A stretch of 64,000 nucleotides of DNA from Azolla caroliniana (lineage: Eukaryota > Plantae > Polypodiophyta): NCBI GenBank assembly GCA_043228905.1, contig JBHGNT010000002.1:5704001-5768000 (forward strand). Reading direction: 5' to 3'. Made by a program: the position numbers and the translations under genes. Below, one piece after another: positions 1 through 11,900 of the stretch. Positions within the stretch are counted from its first letter, which is position 1, and every line of letters starts with the position of its first letter. The notes under the pieces are model-generated. The model made no database searches, had not been told where the DNA came from, and saw nothing but the letters and a program-made list of their open reading frames with translations.

Positions 1-1048
1 GTCGTCCACGACTCTTCCGCCGTCCTCCGTATGCCTTCAGGAGCTCCTCTTCGAAGGCCTCCCACGAACTATGAGCCTCACGGAGCTCCTTTACTTCCGC
101 ATGCATCCGGACAACTACGACCAGACAGAAGAACTCTAGCCTCAACGCCTCGTCTACGCCACGCTCCTCCATATCCGCGTTGTAGGCTCCCAAGTAAGAT
201 GGGACTTTGTCCCCATTGAAACGGTCGACTCTTTCAACCACTCGCTCAACCGCTTGTTGCGCTGCTTCTCGCCTCATCACCACTCGTGCCGACTCCAACA
301 CCACTTCGGCCACCATCACCGCGAGGTTGTCATCTTCCGACTCCATCCTCCCTTGCCGCCTTTCACGTCGGGTTCACCAAAGATGTCGCGTTGTTACGCA
401 CATGCGTGGAGAAAGGCGGGACCACGAGGGTCTTGGACTAGGGAGTGACGGAGCGTAGGAACTCGTATTCACCGTTTCCGGGGCATCCCAGAAGCACACC
501 GGAAGCAACCGAAGGGAGAGAGAGAAAGAGAGGGAGCGCGCGCTTGACACCGACTCACGCACACACACGCACACACACACAGGCTGACCCGACTCACGCC
601 CTTATGTACAGGAAACACAGGAAAGGGGAAGCACCCGACACTAACAGAGACACGAATATACACAGACAAACGCAAATGTAAGTATTACAAGGGAAAGAAT
701 ACAACCCCGGCTTTGAGCCAGACCAAGATAGGGTAGGTTACAACAACAGTCTGTAGCTAAGCCGCCGTTCGGGGAGCTCTCGGGATCGTCACGCGGAGCG
801 GGGTCTTGCACAGGAGACCGAGCAGCAACAACCTTCAACAGTCCACCCACACCGTGAAGAAGAGGAAGAAGAAGTAGAAGAACTAACCCTAAATCTAACG
901 GTATACCCTCTAACACAAAATGGGCAACCCCTCTACAAGGGACCATCCCTTCCTTTTATAGAACAAGGAGAGGGATGTCTTACAATGTGGGATAAATCCT
1001 GATTTACATGGGATTCTTCGTCCCAACTTAACTCCTATTATTCACACA
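1..1048 (-). mobile_element. Probable LTR of a retrotransposon running off the left edge of the window
   Basis: The minus strand begins TGTGTGAATAAT at 1048, with TATA-like CTATAAAAGG (~952-961) and TC/TG microsatellite tracts downstream. It abuts gypsy coding sequence. No partner LTR or TSD is visible. Confidence 0.55.
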
Positions 1049-2403
1049 ATTACACGAGGGTGACTGCACATGGTGCACCCTGCCGATGTAGCCAATATTT
1101 CCCGGTTTCCGCCTCTGGACGAAATTCTTCACGACAACGTGATTCACAAGAATGTCGTCTATTTGGACGGCAACATGATCCACTAGAGCGAGACCCGAAA
1201 GCCACTACAAGTGAACTTCGGAAGAGGCGGGCTGAAAAAGATCGTGGAAGAGGAAGATGCAAGGCATGTGGAAGCCATGCACTATGCCGCATCGGTGGGA
1301 ATACGAGTCGGAAGAGAAAATCTAAAGACGATCAAGTCGGGAGCTGGTTTTTGGCCAACGGTATTCGAGTGTGAAAAGAAAGGAAAAATAGATTTGGAGG
1401 ATCTAAAAGATGCTGATCGGAATGTGCGACGAGTTATCGGATGGTCGGATCCAGTCGACGATAACACAAGCTTTGCGGAGGTTGTGTGACAACTATGAAG
1501 CTCTTGTTGAAGAAAGGAGGAAAAGAATCAGTGAAGAAGGTGGCACATCAAAGCGTCATAATACGAGGAATGCAGGGAAAGGACAAGCCCAACCTATGCC
1601 ACGAAAAGAGATAGGAGAAACAAGCACGAAGACCGGTGGATCGAGCCAACCTTCTCGAATGGAAGTCGATGAATCTATGAAGAAAGGAAAAGAACGAGCG
1701 GCACCAACTTACAAGCTAAGGTTGGACATAGAACAAACAATTGACTTGCGGAAGGTCCTTGAGGAGAAGGTTTTAGACAGTCATGTCGACCTTACTTTGA
1801 GAGAGCTACTTGGGATCACTAAGAAGAAGTTCCATGATACTATTGTGGACTTGATTAAGCGAAAGCTGCAACAATCGGATGAAGAAGAGGTGAAAACAAG
1901 TGCCATAACCATGGCAAGATCGGAAGAGGAGGAGGAAGAAGAAGTGATGGCGGACAACCATTACTCTCGGCCTCATTGGGCAAGAGCGACAACGGAGATG
2001 CTGGTGAAGATCGGAGAGAAGAAAGAGACCATGGTAGCCTTGATTGACAATGGTTCGGAGATCAACTTCATGTCGACCGAATTCTACAAGAAAGGAAGAT
2101 GGCCGATCAACACAAACCACGGATGGAAGATACGAGCGGCAACGAAGGCCACGGAAGACCTGTACGGACCTTGTTAAAGTCACGATCGGAGATGGATCAA
2201 TACTTCTTCGTGCAAGACTCGACTTCACATCTCGTCATCCTAGGACAACCATATATCACATCATGCCGGATGGAGACTAAGGTGTTCGATAATGAAGCGG
2301 CCTTCGCGCCAATCAAGAGCCTTGACAATCAAAGATCTATTCAATTCCTTACAGTGCGGGCTAATCACGAAAGGAACCGAGATAGCCTTGGAGGCAAATC
2401 CTC

Positions 2404-2413
2404 GGATTTTTAG
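2404..2413 (+). promoter_or_regulatory. Putative -1 ribosomal frameshift site G_GAT_TTT at the gag/pro-pol junction
   Basis: GGATTTT is immediately followed by the stop (TAG 2411-2413) of the protease frame. The -1 frame is open from 2404 into the pol ORFs at 2509 and 2869. Confidence 0.65.
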
Positions 2414-4178
2414 AGCGGACTATTGAAGCGTGGGGCACAAATAGTCCGAGCAATCATAAGTCCCCACAAGGAAGCAAAATAAGTGGATCGCAAGGAGAAG
2501 CAACATGTGTGACACCTAGTGGCGCATGTAAACTAACACTACTCAACAAGAAGGACAAGCATCGGATACGAGACTTCGAGAAGATGTTGAAAGAAGAAAG
2601 CATACATGAAGAAGAAGAATTCGTGTCTAATATTCAAGACGAAACCTCATTTAACGACATCATCGGCGAAATCGAGGAAGTCATGGACTTGAGCTACCTT
2701 CACGATCAACATGTGATTTCGGTTAACTCCATCAACATGTACACTATCATCGATGAATATCATCGAGGCATCTTGATGGAGGAAGCTGAAGTCAACACAA
2801 AATATAAAACAGTGGATAAGAAGATCAAGCCAGTTGCGGTTCCGCTACCGGAAGATAACTGGTAGAAGATGAAGGAAGTTGCTAATGATCTGAGCTTAAG
2901 GGATCCAAAGGCAATAGGTCATGTCTTCGCCAAAGAGACGAAAGGAAAGCTACAAGTTGGAAGGGAAGATTTCCTTCTCCCTGAAGAGGAGAGAATGTTC
3001 TGCGGAATGCTTGAGAGACATGGGAAAGCCTTTGCCTTCTCTCCACAAGAGATCGGATGTGCCGACCCGAAGATGATAGAGCCGATGGTGATTTTTAAGG
3101 TGCCGCATGTACCTTGGAACCTCAAGCCGATACTGGTTCCAAGAGCTCACATTCCGAAGTTGATTGAGATTCTAAAGGAAAAGGTTAGGATGGGAATACT
3201 TGAGTCGTCCAATGTTCCCTACTCCAATAGATGGTTTACGGTGCCGAAGAAGAACGGGTCCTTACGCTTTATTCAAGATCTCCAACCCGTCAACAAGGTG
3301 ACGATCCGAAATGCCGGAATTGGTCCAAGTGTGGATGAATTTGCCGAAGCCTTCACAGGAAGATCAATCTACTCCATTGGTGATCTCTACTCGGGCTATG
3401 ATCAATTTCAATTGGCCGTCGATAGTAGAGACATAACAACAATGAGGACGCCGATCGGGTTGGTCAGGATGTGCACCTTATGCCAAGGTGCAACAAATTC
3501 CATAGCCCACATGGTGAATGCCATGAACAAAGTGTTGAGGGATTGTATCCCTGATATCACAATGCCCTTCTTAGATGATATTCTAACCAAAGGATGTTTG
3601 GTGGAAGAAAAAGATGAATTGAAAGATGAAGATGGTTGCCGAAGATTCGTCATCGATCATACAAAGGATAGCGAGAAGGTGTTGCAAAAGCTTGAGGATG
3701 CAAATCTCACGTTTTCAGGAGAGAAGTCTGTATTCGGTCAACCAGAAATATTGGTAGTAGGACACTTATGTGGGTCTTATGGCCGGAAGCCAACTCCATC
3801 CAAGGTGAACGCTATTCAAGACATGAACGAAGAATATGTGTCTCAAACAGAGGTGCGAAGATTCTTGGGAGCATGTGCATTCTATCACATCTGGATTCCA
3901 CATTATGCTCATGTCGTTGAACAATTGTATGGATTACTAAAGAAAAGGAAGAAGTTCAAATGGGAAGATGAGCATACCTATGCGGTTCAAAAGCTAAAGA
4001 AACTATTATTGGAAGCTTTGGCACTGCAAAAAGCCGACTACACCGAAGGTACCCCGATATATGTGACGGTGGATACAAGCCCAACCAGAATTGGATGGGT
4101 GATAAACCAAGAAGACAAAGAAAAGAATCGGTATGCAATCCGATTCGGTGCAAAGGTGTTAACAGAAAGACAAAGGAA

Positions 4179-4416
4179 GTATGTCCAAGTAAAGAGAGAG
4201 TTATGGGGAATAGTATCCATGGTTAAAACCGATCGTGACTACCTTATCAGAATAGAGGTCATAATCAAAATTGATTGTCTACCTATTCTCGGAATGCGTA
4301 TGTCCAAGTAAAGAGAGAGTTATGGGGAATAGTATCCATGGTTAAAACCGATCGTGACTACCTTATCAGAATAGAGGTCATAATCGAAATTGATTGTCTA
4401 CCTATTCTCGGAATGC
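4179..4416 (+). repeat. 119-bp tandem duplication inside RNase H
   Basis: GTATGTCCAAGTAAAGAGAGAG...CTCGGAATGC occurs at 4179-4297 and again at 4298-4416, frameshifting pol. Confidence 0.95.
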
Positions 4417-5589
4417 TATCCGGTTGTGCTACACCGGATATTGCTATGCGGTGATGGATTGCCTATATCAAGTCCCTCAACCCCGAGATTCGACATATAA
4501 ATGGAAAGCATAATGTGGTGGCTGATATGTTGTCAAGGGCAAGGTATGAGGGTGAAGAAGATTTGCACTCAGAAGAAGAAGATGTTGGTCTAAACTTCTT
4601 TGAAGTTTCTTGTGCTCGGGTGCTTGCCGTGTTTAAAGTAGAAGATTATGAGGGTGAATTCATTGAAATTGGCAAGTATTAAGCTCTCTTACAAAGGATG
4701 AATCATGGTCAAAGGAAGACTTCTACCGAATTAGGAATAAGGCCTACAAGTTCTTCCTCAAAGAAGGACATCTATGGAAGTTTCCAAAGAAGAAGAATGG
4801 AACTCCACTTCGAGTGGTGTGCAAGAAACAAGATCAACAAACACTAATTGCTGAATTTCATGATAGTGTGTGGGCAGGTCATCGAGGTATATCGGCAACA
4901 TTTGCAAAGCTACATGCGAAGTATTGGTGGCCGGGTGTTTACAAAGATGTAGCAAGATATGCTGAAACATGTGAGCAATGCCAATTATACTCAAATATTC
5001 AATATAGGGATGAACTTCATCCGACATATCCATTATCAAATGCACTATAAGTGGTTGGTAGACATAGTGGTTATGCCGATGGGATTGGGGCCAATTAAGT
5101 ATCTCATGCTAGCAAGAGAGGATCTCACCAACCAAGTAGAAGGACGGGCGCTAAGGAATAAAACAACTTCAGCAGTTTGTAAGTTTCTCCTTGAAGATGT
5201 TATCTGTTGATACGGATGTGCTGGAAAAATAGTAGCTGATAGGAGAGAATTAGATGCAAATGAAGCTAAAGACTTCTTTTCAAGAATAGGCGTCAAACTA
5301 TCGCTCACCATGACATACAACTCGAACGCAAATGGGAAGGTGGAACGAGGACATAGTTCGATTGTAAAAGCTCTAGCAAAGGCTTGTGACGGCAAGATGG
5401 GGAATATTGTCAAGTGTTAAGTTATGTGAGTGTAAAGTTTAAAGAAAAAAAAAGAAAAGACAAAATTGTGAGATATCCCACATAGATAGGACAATATTGG
5501 AACCCAGGATATATAAGGGAAACCAAAACTTATTCATTCTATCAATGTGTGGAGCATAGAATGTTCAAGGTGCCTTGGGCCACATTGTG

Positions 5590-7000
5590 TGGTGTGCATG
5601 CTTCAGGCGTACGTGTGTATGCATGGTTGTGTTTGACGCTTAGGGCGTACGTGCCTATGCACGGCCGCGTGGATGTTTTCGAACATACGCGCGTGTACAA
5701 GTTTCGGACGTATGCCATGTGTGTATGCATGGTTGTGTTTGACGCTTCGGGCGTACGTGCCTGTGCATGGCCGCGTGGATGTTGACGCTTCGGGTGTACG
5801 TGCTTGTGCACGGCCGCGTGGATGTTTTCAGACATACGCGCATGTACAAGTTTCAGACGTACACGTGTATGCATGGTTGTGTTTGACGCTTCGGGCGTAC
5901 GTGCCTGTGCTGCCTGTGCACGGCCGCGTGGATGTTTTCGAACATACGCACGTGTACAAGTTTCGGACGTATGCCATGCGTGTATGCATGGTTGTGTTTG
6001 ACGCTTCGGGCGTACGTGCCTGTGCATGACCGCGTGGATGTTGACGCTTCGGGTGTACGTGCCTGTGCACGGCCGCGTGGATGTTTTCAGACATACGCGC
6101 ATGTACAAGTTTCAGACGTACACGTGTATGCATGGTTGTGTTTGACGCTTCGGGCGTACGTGCCTGTGCGAGCGTACGTGCCTGTGCACGGCCGCGTGGA
6201 TGTTTTCGAACATACGCGCGTGTACAAGTTTCGGACGTATGCCATGCGTGTATGCATGGTTGTGTTTGACGCTTCGGGCATACGTGCCTGTGCATGGCCG
6301 CGTGGATGTTGACGCTTCGGGTGTATGTGCCTGTGCACGGCCGCGTGGATGTTTTCAGACATACACGCATGTACAAGTTTCAGACGTACACGTGTATGCA
6401 TGGTTGTGTTTGACGCTTCGGGCGTACGTGCCTGTGCATGGCCGCGTGGATGTTTTTGGACATACGCGCGTGTGCAAGTTTTCAGACATACGCGCGTGTA
6501 CAAGCTTCAGACGTACACGTGTATGCATGGTTGTGTTTGACGCTTCGGGCGTACGTGCCTGTGCATGGCCGCGTGGATGTTTTTGGACATACGCGCGTGT
6601 GCAAGTTTCGGACAGACGCGTGTATGCGGACGAGTGCGCGAATGTGTACACAACATGGTCTAGACGCACGCGCGTGTGTGGATGCGTACGTGTGTATGCA
6701 TGGCTATGTTTGACGCTTCGGGCGTACATGCCTGTGCACGGCCGCGTGGATGTTTTCGTACATACACGCGTGTGCAAGTTTCGGACGGACGCGTGTATGC
6801 GGACAAGCGCGCGGATGCGTACACAGCGCGGTCTGGACGCACGCGCGTGCGTGGATGCGTACATTGCGCGGTCGGGACTTTTGCACGCGGACGGGTCTAC
6901 GGTTTGGTTGCACGTGCGTGGATGCGTGTATTGCGCGGTCGGGACTTTTGCGCGCGGACGGGTCTACGGTTTGGTTGCGACACACGTACGGATTGCACAT
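5590..7000. repeat. Complex CpG-rich purine-pyrimidine-alternating tandem array
   Basis: Recurrent modules GACGCTTCGGGCGTACGTGCCTGTGCACGGCCGCGTGGATGTT and GTGTATGCATGGTTGTGTTT in higher-order units. Confidence 0.95.
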
Positions 7001-7052
7001 AGGCTAAACTTTATGGATGATTGGGTCATTTGGCCGAATTATACGGACAGTC

Positions 7053-7161
7053 GCATGCAACTAAAACTAAAAGGCATGCAACTAAAAATGGAAGCATGCA
7101 ACTAAAAGTAGAGGCCATGCAACTAAAAATAGAGGCCATGCAACTAAAAGTGGACATGCAA
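7053..7161. repeat. ~21-bp tandem repeat (CATGCAACTAAAA core, about 5 copies)
   Basis: Repeated GCATGCAACTAAAA and CCATGCAACTAAAA units. Confidence 0.9.
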
Positions 7162-8685
7162 AGTAACATTGGGAAGGAGAATCAGAAAAGCACTCGATAT
7201 ATGTTCCATTTTTTCCCTCTACTTTTTTTTACCCTTCTTCTTCTCTCTCCCATTCCTTGGGGAAGAAATCTCTCTCATATTGATATCGGACCACTCCTTA
7301 CATGGTTGTTGGCTCCTTTCTTTAAAACAATTTATCCCTCATTTTCATCTCCAACCCATTCTAACAAGATTCTTGAATTATAAAAGAATATATTTTTCCT
7401 ATCCTATAAACGAACATTTTCTCTCATCTACTCGTCTTATATGTGAATTTTGCTTGTGTTGTACGTGTTGTACTAAATCCTTCTAGTCCAGAACCCCGAC
7501 GGTTCCGGCTCGCGATCCGCACATAGTGACGGATTTTCACGACAACGTGACATCACCGAAATCCCAACTTGGGGGTGGGTCACCTAATAAGACTCTTGAC
7601 ACAAGTGGTTCAACGAATACCGATTTACCAGTAGAGCCGATCGAAGAATCTGAACCACTTATATCGGCACCCAGGAGATCTGAACGAAATCGAAGGCTAA
7701 CAGAGTTTTATCAACCTAGCCTCGACTACCATGAGCTCTAGGGGCTGTCATACCGTCTCGTTGGGGAGAGAGTGCAGACTTTGGGTATGTTTCCCATATC
7801 GACAATGCTTGCAAAAGTCCGTCTTTGCTTGGAGTTTCGGGATGTAGCCGACCACCATCAACCGATCGAGTCCGGCTTGAGACATATGGCCGAGTCGGCC
7901 ATGCCATAGGTTTGCTTCGGTCTTTTCGGCTACGGTCACGAACCCTTTTCTATTGAAAATCATCAGTGGGTACAAGTTATTGTATTTGTGCCCACTCCCG
8001 ATTTTGAGATTTCCTCGGTTGATCACCCATACCGACTCACTTAGAGCCGTTTTGTACCCATCTTCGGCTAGCATGCCAATGGATACCAGACTCCTCTTTA
8101 GATCGGGTACGTGCCGAACTTGGTGCAAGGTTATTGTGTTTCCTTTAGACAATTGGATGGGAACCTCTCCGATCCCGGCAATTCTGCACTCATGCTCGTT
8201 GCCTAGTTGAACTGTGCCCCTCTGTGCCCCTAGCGTTAGTTGAATAGTTTGAAAACCATTTGATGTTGGGGGTCACGTGGAATGTGGCACCAGAATATAG
8301 TAACCACGTGTGTGCATCGTGTGCACTGTAGAGGACTTCTCTGATCATCGAGTTCTTTAAGGAAAGGATTTCTCCTTATCGGGTGTCGGCTGTCATGATA
8401 TGGCAAGACTCAAACCCATGACCTTATGTTACATGGGTCGAGCTCTTGACCATTAGACTATATGTTGTAATACGAAGGATATTATTTTCATTTAGGTTTT
8501 ACTATAGAAAATTGATGTATATTCCAGATTTCTCTAGAACATTCTACAAGCTTCAGGAGCTCTTGAGAACACTATAAAAGGAGGCACAAAGCATTATTTC
8601 GAGCCAAGTAGGTTCAACGCCAGTCTTAAGCCTCCTAGCTACTATTGTATATTCCCTTAACATAATATATATATCTTTTGTTATC

Positions 8686-8735
<50 letters not shown>

Positions 8736-8838
8736 CTACACCTCCCTTTGTACTAATCCTCATCTTTTAGTACTAATTCCTTCTCTGTTTTAGTACTATT
8801 CCTGACAGTACTTCTCTGTCTTAGTACTGCTCCTAACA

Positions 8839-8852
8839 GTTTAAACTGATTT
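8839..8852 (+). promoter_or_regulatory. Putative self-priming PBS, complementary to the predicted 5' end of the element's own transcript
   Basis: The sequence after the 5' LTR (GTTTAAACTGATTT) lacks TGG. It pairs 11/12 with AAATCAGTTCAA at 13860-13871, ~33 nt downstream of the LTR TATA box. Confidence 0.7.
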
Positions 8853-8938
8853 CCCTCTCCTTCTCTTCCTTCTCTTCCTTTATCTTCTTACTTCTCCCTC
8901 CCTTCATACTAATCTCTTATTCCTCTTTTCTCTCACAC

Positions 8939-11900
8939 CATGGCCATTGTTAGCGCTCAAGAATATCAATCCATTTTCTCAGAGCTGCAATGCTTGAAAG
9001 AGAAGTTCCTTGCTTTGGAACAAGAAAATCAACGATTGTTGGGGGATCTTCAACAAATCTCCTTAGAAAAGTAGCAGACGCAACAACAACGTGGGGAACT
9101 AGTGATACGCTTGCAACAACTCGAAGTAACCTTAGTAGCGATGCAACAACAAGGACCCAGTATGCAAGGGATTCATTAAGAACCCAAGATCGACCTTCCA
9201 ATGAAATTCGATAGAACGCGATTGCAGTTTAGAGGATTCCTTAATCAGGTACGATTAGTCATTCAAATGCATCCTTCGCGATATCCCACCGATGCATCAC
9301 GAGTGGGACTAGTAGGAACTCTACTTAGTGGCACGACTTTGGCATGGTTCGCCCCCATGTTAGAAAAAAGCTCTCCCTTGTTAAATAATTTCTAAGAGTT
9401 TATTACCGAGTTTAAAGCCTGTTTTGGAGGTATCGACAGTGCTAGAAGAGCAATCAACAAAATCCGAAGATTGCACTAAGGTGAGTGGCCGCCCTTAGCT
9501 TATGCTGAGGATTTTCGTCTTCTCGCCACCGATATTCCCTGGGATGACCAGGCACTAATGGAGCAATTTCGTTTTGGCCTACATAATGATGTTAAAGATT
9601 TAATCTTAACTTTCCCCAAGGAGCCAAAGTCATTGACAGAAGCAATCAATTGTGCGATGCGATGCGATAATCGCCTCTTCAAACGATGTTCGGAATGTCA
9701 GTTCCAAAAGCCACGAACAAGATCGGAGCCCACCTACGCGTCAATCGTAGAAAATCATTTCCCAAGGGAGTCATTCAATATGTCTCCAACAAATACTTCG
9801 ACTCCAATGGAAATCGATACCACACGTCGCCGCGGACCACTATTGGAAGAAGAAAAGCAACGACGCAGGGCAAATCGATTATGTCTTTATTGTAGTGGAC
9901 CGGGGCATATTGCAGTGAACTACCCCCATCGGTTGAAAAGGCAGGTAAATCAAATAACCGCTAGTACTAATAATACTAAACCCGAGTCTATTCCTCTAGG
10001 TGTGTCTGATAGTCCTAATAGTCCAAGTCTTTCAAACAAATTTGAAATCCTTTGTCAACTAGAAGAACAACCAAAATAAGTGTCATTTGGTTGGACAACC
10101 CTAGATCTACACAACCCATTAGTGGTTCCATTTCCTCTAAACAAGTTAGCAATGTGTTCTTAGCTCACATAATGGTTAGTATTAAAAGTACTCCTCCAAT
10201 ACATGTCTTAACACTCTTAGATTCTGGAGCCAACTCTTGCTTCATGGATAGGAATTTTTCCCAAGCTCATCAGATATCCCTAAAGAAACTCCCATGTCCA
10301 GCCTCTATAGTAGTCATTGATGGTCGTCCCATTGCTTCCGAGAATATTATAGAAGAGTTAGAACTCGTTAATATTGTCCTAGATAACTTAGCATGTGTAG
10401 TATCATTTAATATAATTAGTATCCCAAAACATCCCATAGTTTTGGGATTACCATGGTTCAAATTACATAACCCAGCCATAGATTGGAGAACAAGAAAAAT
10501 ACAGTGTCGACAAACCCGAGGATCTACTCATAAGATTGCAACCATTTCGATACATTAGTTACGTGAGGAAGGATGCAAGGAAGAAATGTTTCTCTTCGCA
10601 ATATCAGTAAACCCCTCCAATATCAATAAAGAGGAGTCCACCGTTCAACTTCCAGAGATGTATCGTCATTATGCCGATGTGTTCGATAAAGTACGAGCTA
10701 ATACGCTTCCTCACCATCGACCGTATGAATGCCCCATCGATTTGCAACTGGGAAAAGAGCCACCATGGGGACCGATCTACAATTTGTCACCAACCGACCT
10801 AGAAGTCCTTCGAGCCTATATAGAGGAGAATTTGGCAAATGGTTTCATTCGACATTCGAAATCTCCAGCCAGCGCACCCATTTCTTCGTCAAGAAAAAGG
10901 ATGGATCACTTCGTCTCATCATAGATTAGTGTGGGTTGAATAAAGTCACCATAAGGAATAGGTATGCACTTCCTCTTATCTCAAGTCTTTTAGAACGGAT
11001 CAATGGTGCAAGGTTCTTCACAAAGATCGACTTACGAGGAGCATATAACCTCGTATGGATCCGACTAGGAGATGAATGGAAGACTGCGTTTCGCACCAGA
11101 TATGGGCACTTCGAGTATACGGTCATGCCATTTGGCCTCACTAATGCGCCAACAGTTTTCCAACACATGGAAAATGATATATTCCAAGATCTCTTGGATT
11201 ATTTTTTGATCATCTTTTTGGATGATCTACTGGTTTATTCCAAGACCCAAGAAGAGCATGATTCTCATGTACTATTAGTACTAAAACGACTTCAAGAACA
11301 TGGTCTTTATGCAAAATTGGAAAATTGTAGTTTCGGGTGCAACCAGGTAGAAATTTTGGGGTATGTCATTTCCTCGGAAGGCATCTCCATGGATCCAGGT
11401 AAGGTCAAAACGGTGGTAGAGTGGTAGACTCCACATTCATTGCGAGATGTGCAATGCTTTTTAGGCTTTGCCCATTTTTACTACAAGTTGATATAGGATT
11501 ACTCAAAGCTTGTTCTGTCTCTCACACAACTTACCAGGAAGGGAAAATCGTTCGTTTGGTTTAAAGAAGTGGACATTGCTTTTGAGAGTCTTAAGAAGAC
11601 ATTTACATCAACTCCTATTTTAGCTCATGTTGATCTAGAAAAACCATTCATCATTGAAGTAGACGCGTCGGATTTCACCTTGGGTAGCATTTTGTCTCAA
11701 CAAGGCGATGATGAAAAGCTACATCCTGTGGCTTTCCATTCACAGAAGTTTGACGCCACGGAAATCCACTATGAAATTCATGATAAGGAGCTATTAGCAG
11801 TAGTGGACTCTTTTACGCAATGGAGGCATTTTCTAGAGGGGTCTTCTCATCAAGTTATCGTATTCAGTGATCGCAAAAACTTTGCCTACTTTTAGAATGC

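Larger units (their letters stand above)
1049..5407 (+). pseudogene. Decayed Ty3/gypsy gag-pol (gag C-terminus, aspartic protease, RT, RNase H, truncated integrase); fungal-like RT type
   Basis: Protease ALIDNGSEIN in 1410-2177. RT motifs PYSNRWFTVPKKNG, DLYSGYDQ, QGATNS and PFLDD, plus RNase H VTVDTS..KRELWG, in 2869-4311. Integrase HHCC (EFHDSVWAGHRG..CEQC) at 4814-5050. Contains stops and frameshifts, and is cut at 5407. Confidence 0.9.
5408..7552 (+). mobile_element. Large (~2.1 kb) solo-LTR-like element containing tandem repeats
   Basis: Inverted termini TGTCA...TGACA and a U5-like T-rich 3' part. It cuts the gypsy integrase at 5407. The flanks (AATAT / TCACC) do not form a TSD. Confidence 0.6.

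Noticed and set aside
1127-1142. 15-bp match TTCACGACAACGTGA with the end of the 5408-7552 element (7536-7550)
   Set aside because: Similarity does not clearly extend, and no PBS or gag start follows, so it cannot be called a paired LTR.
5542-7105. Many overlapping C/V/R/H-rich ORFs
   Set aside because: These are artefacts of the stop-poor tandem array.
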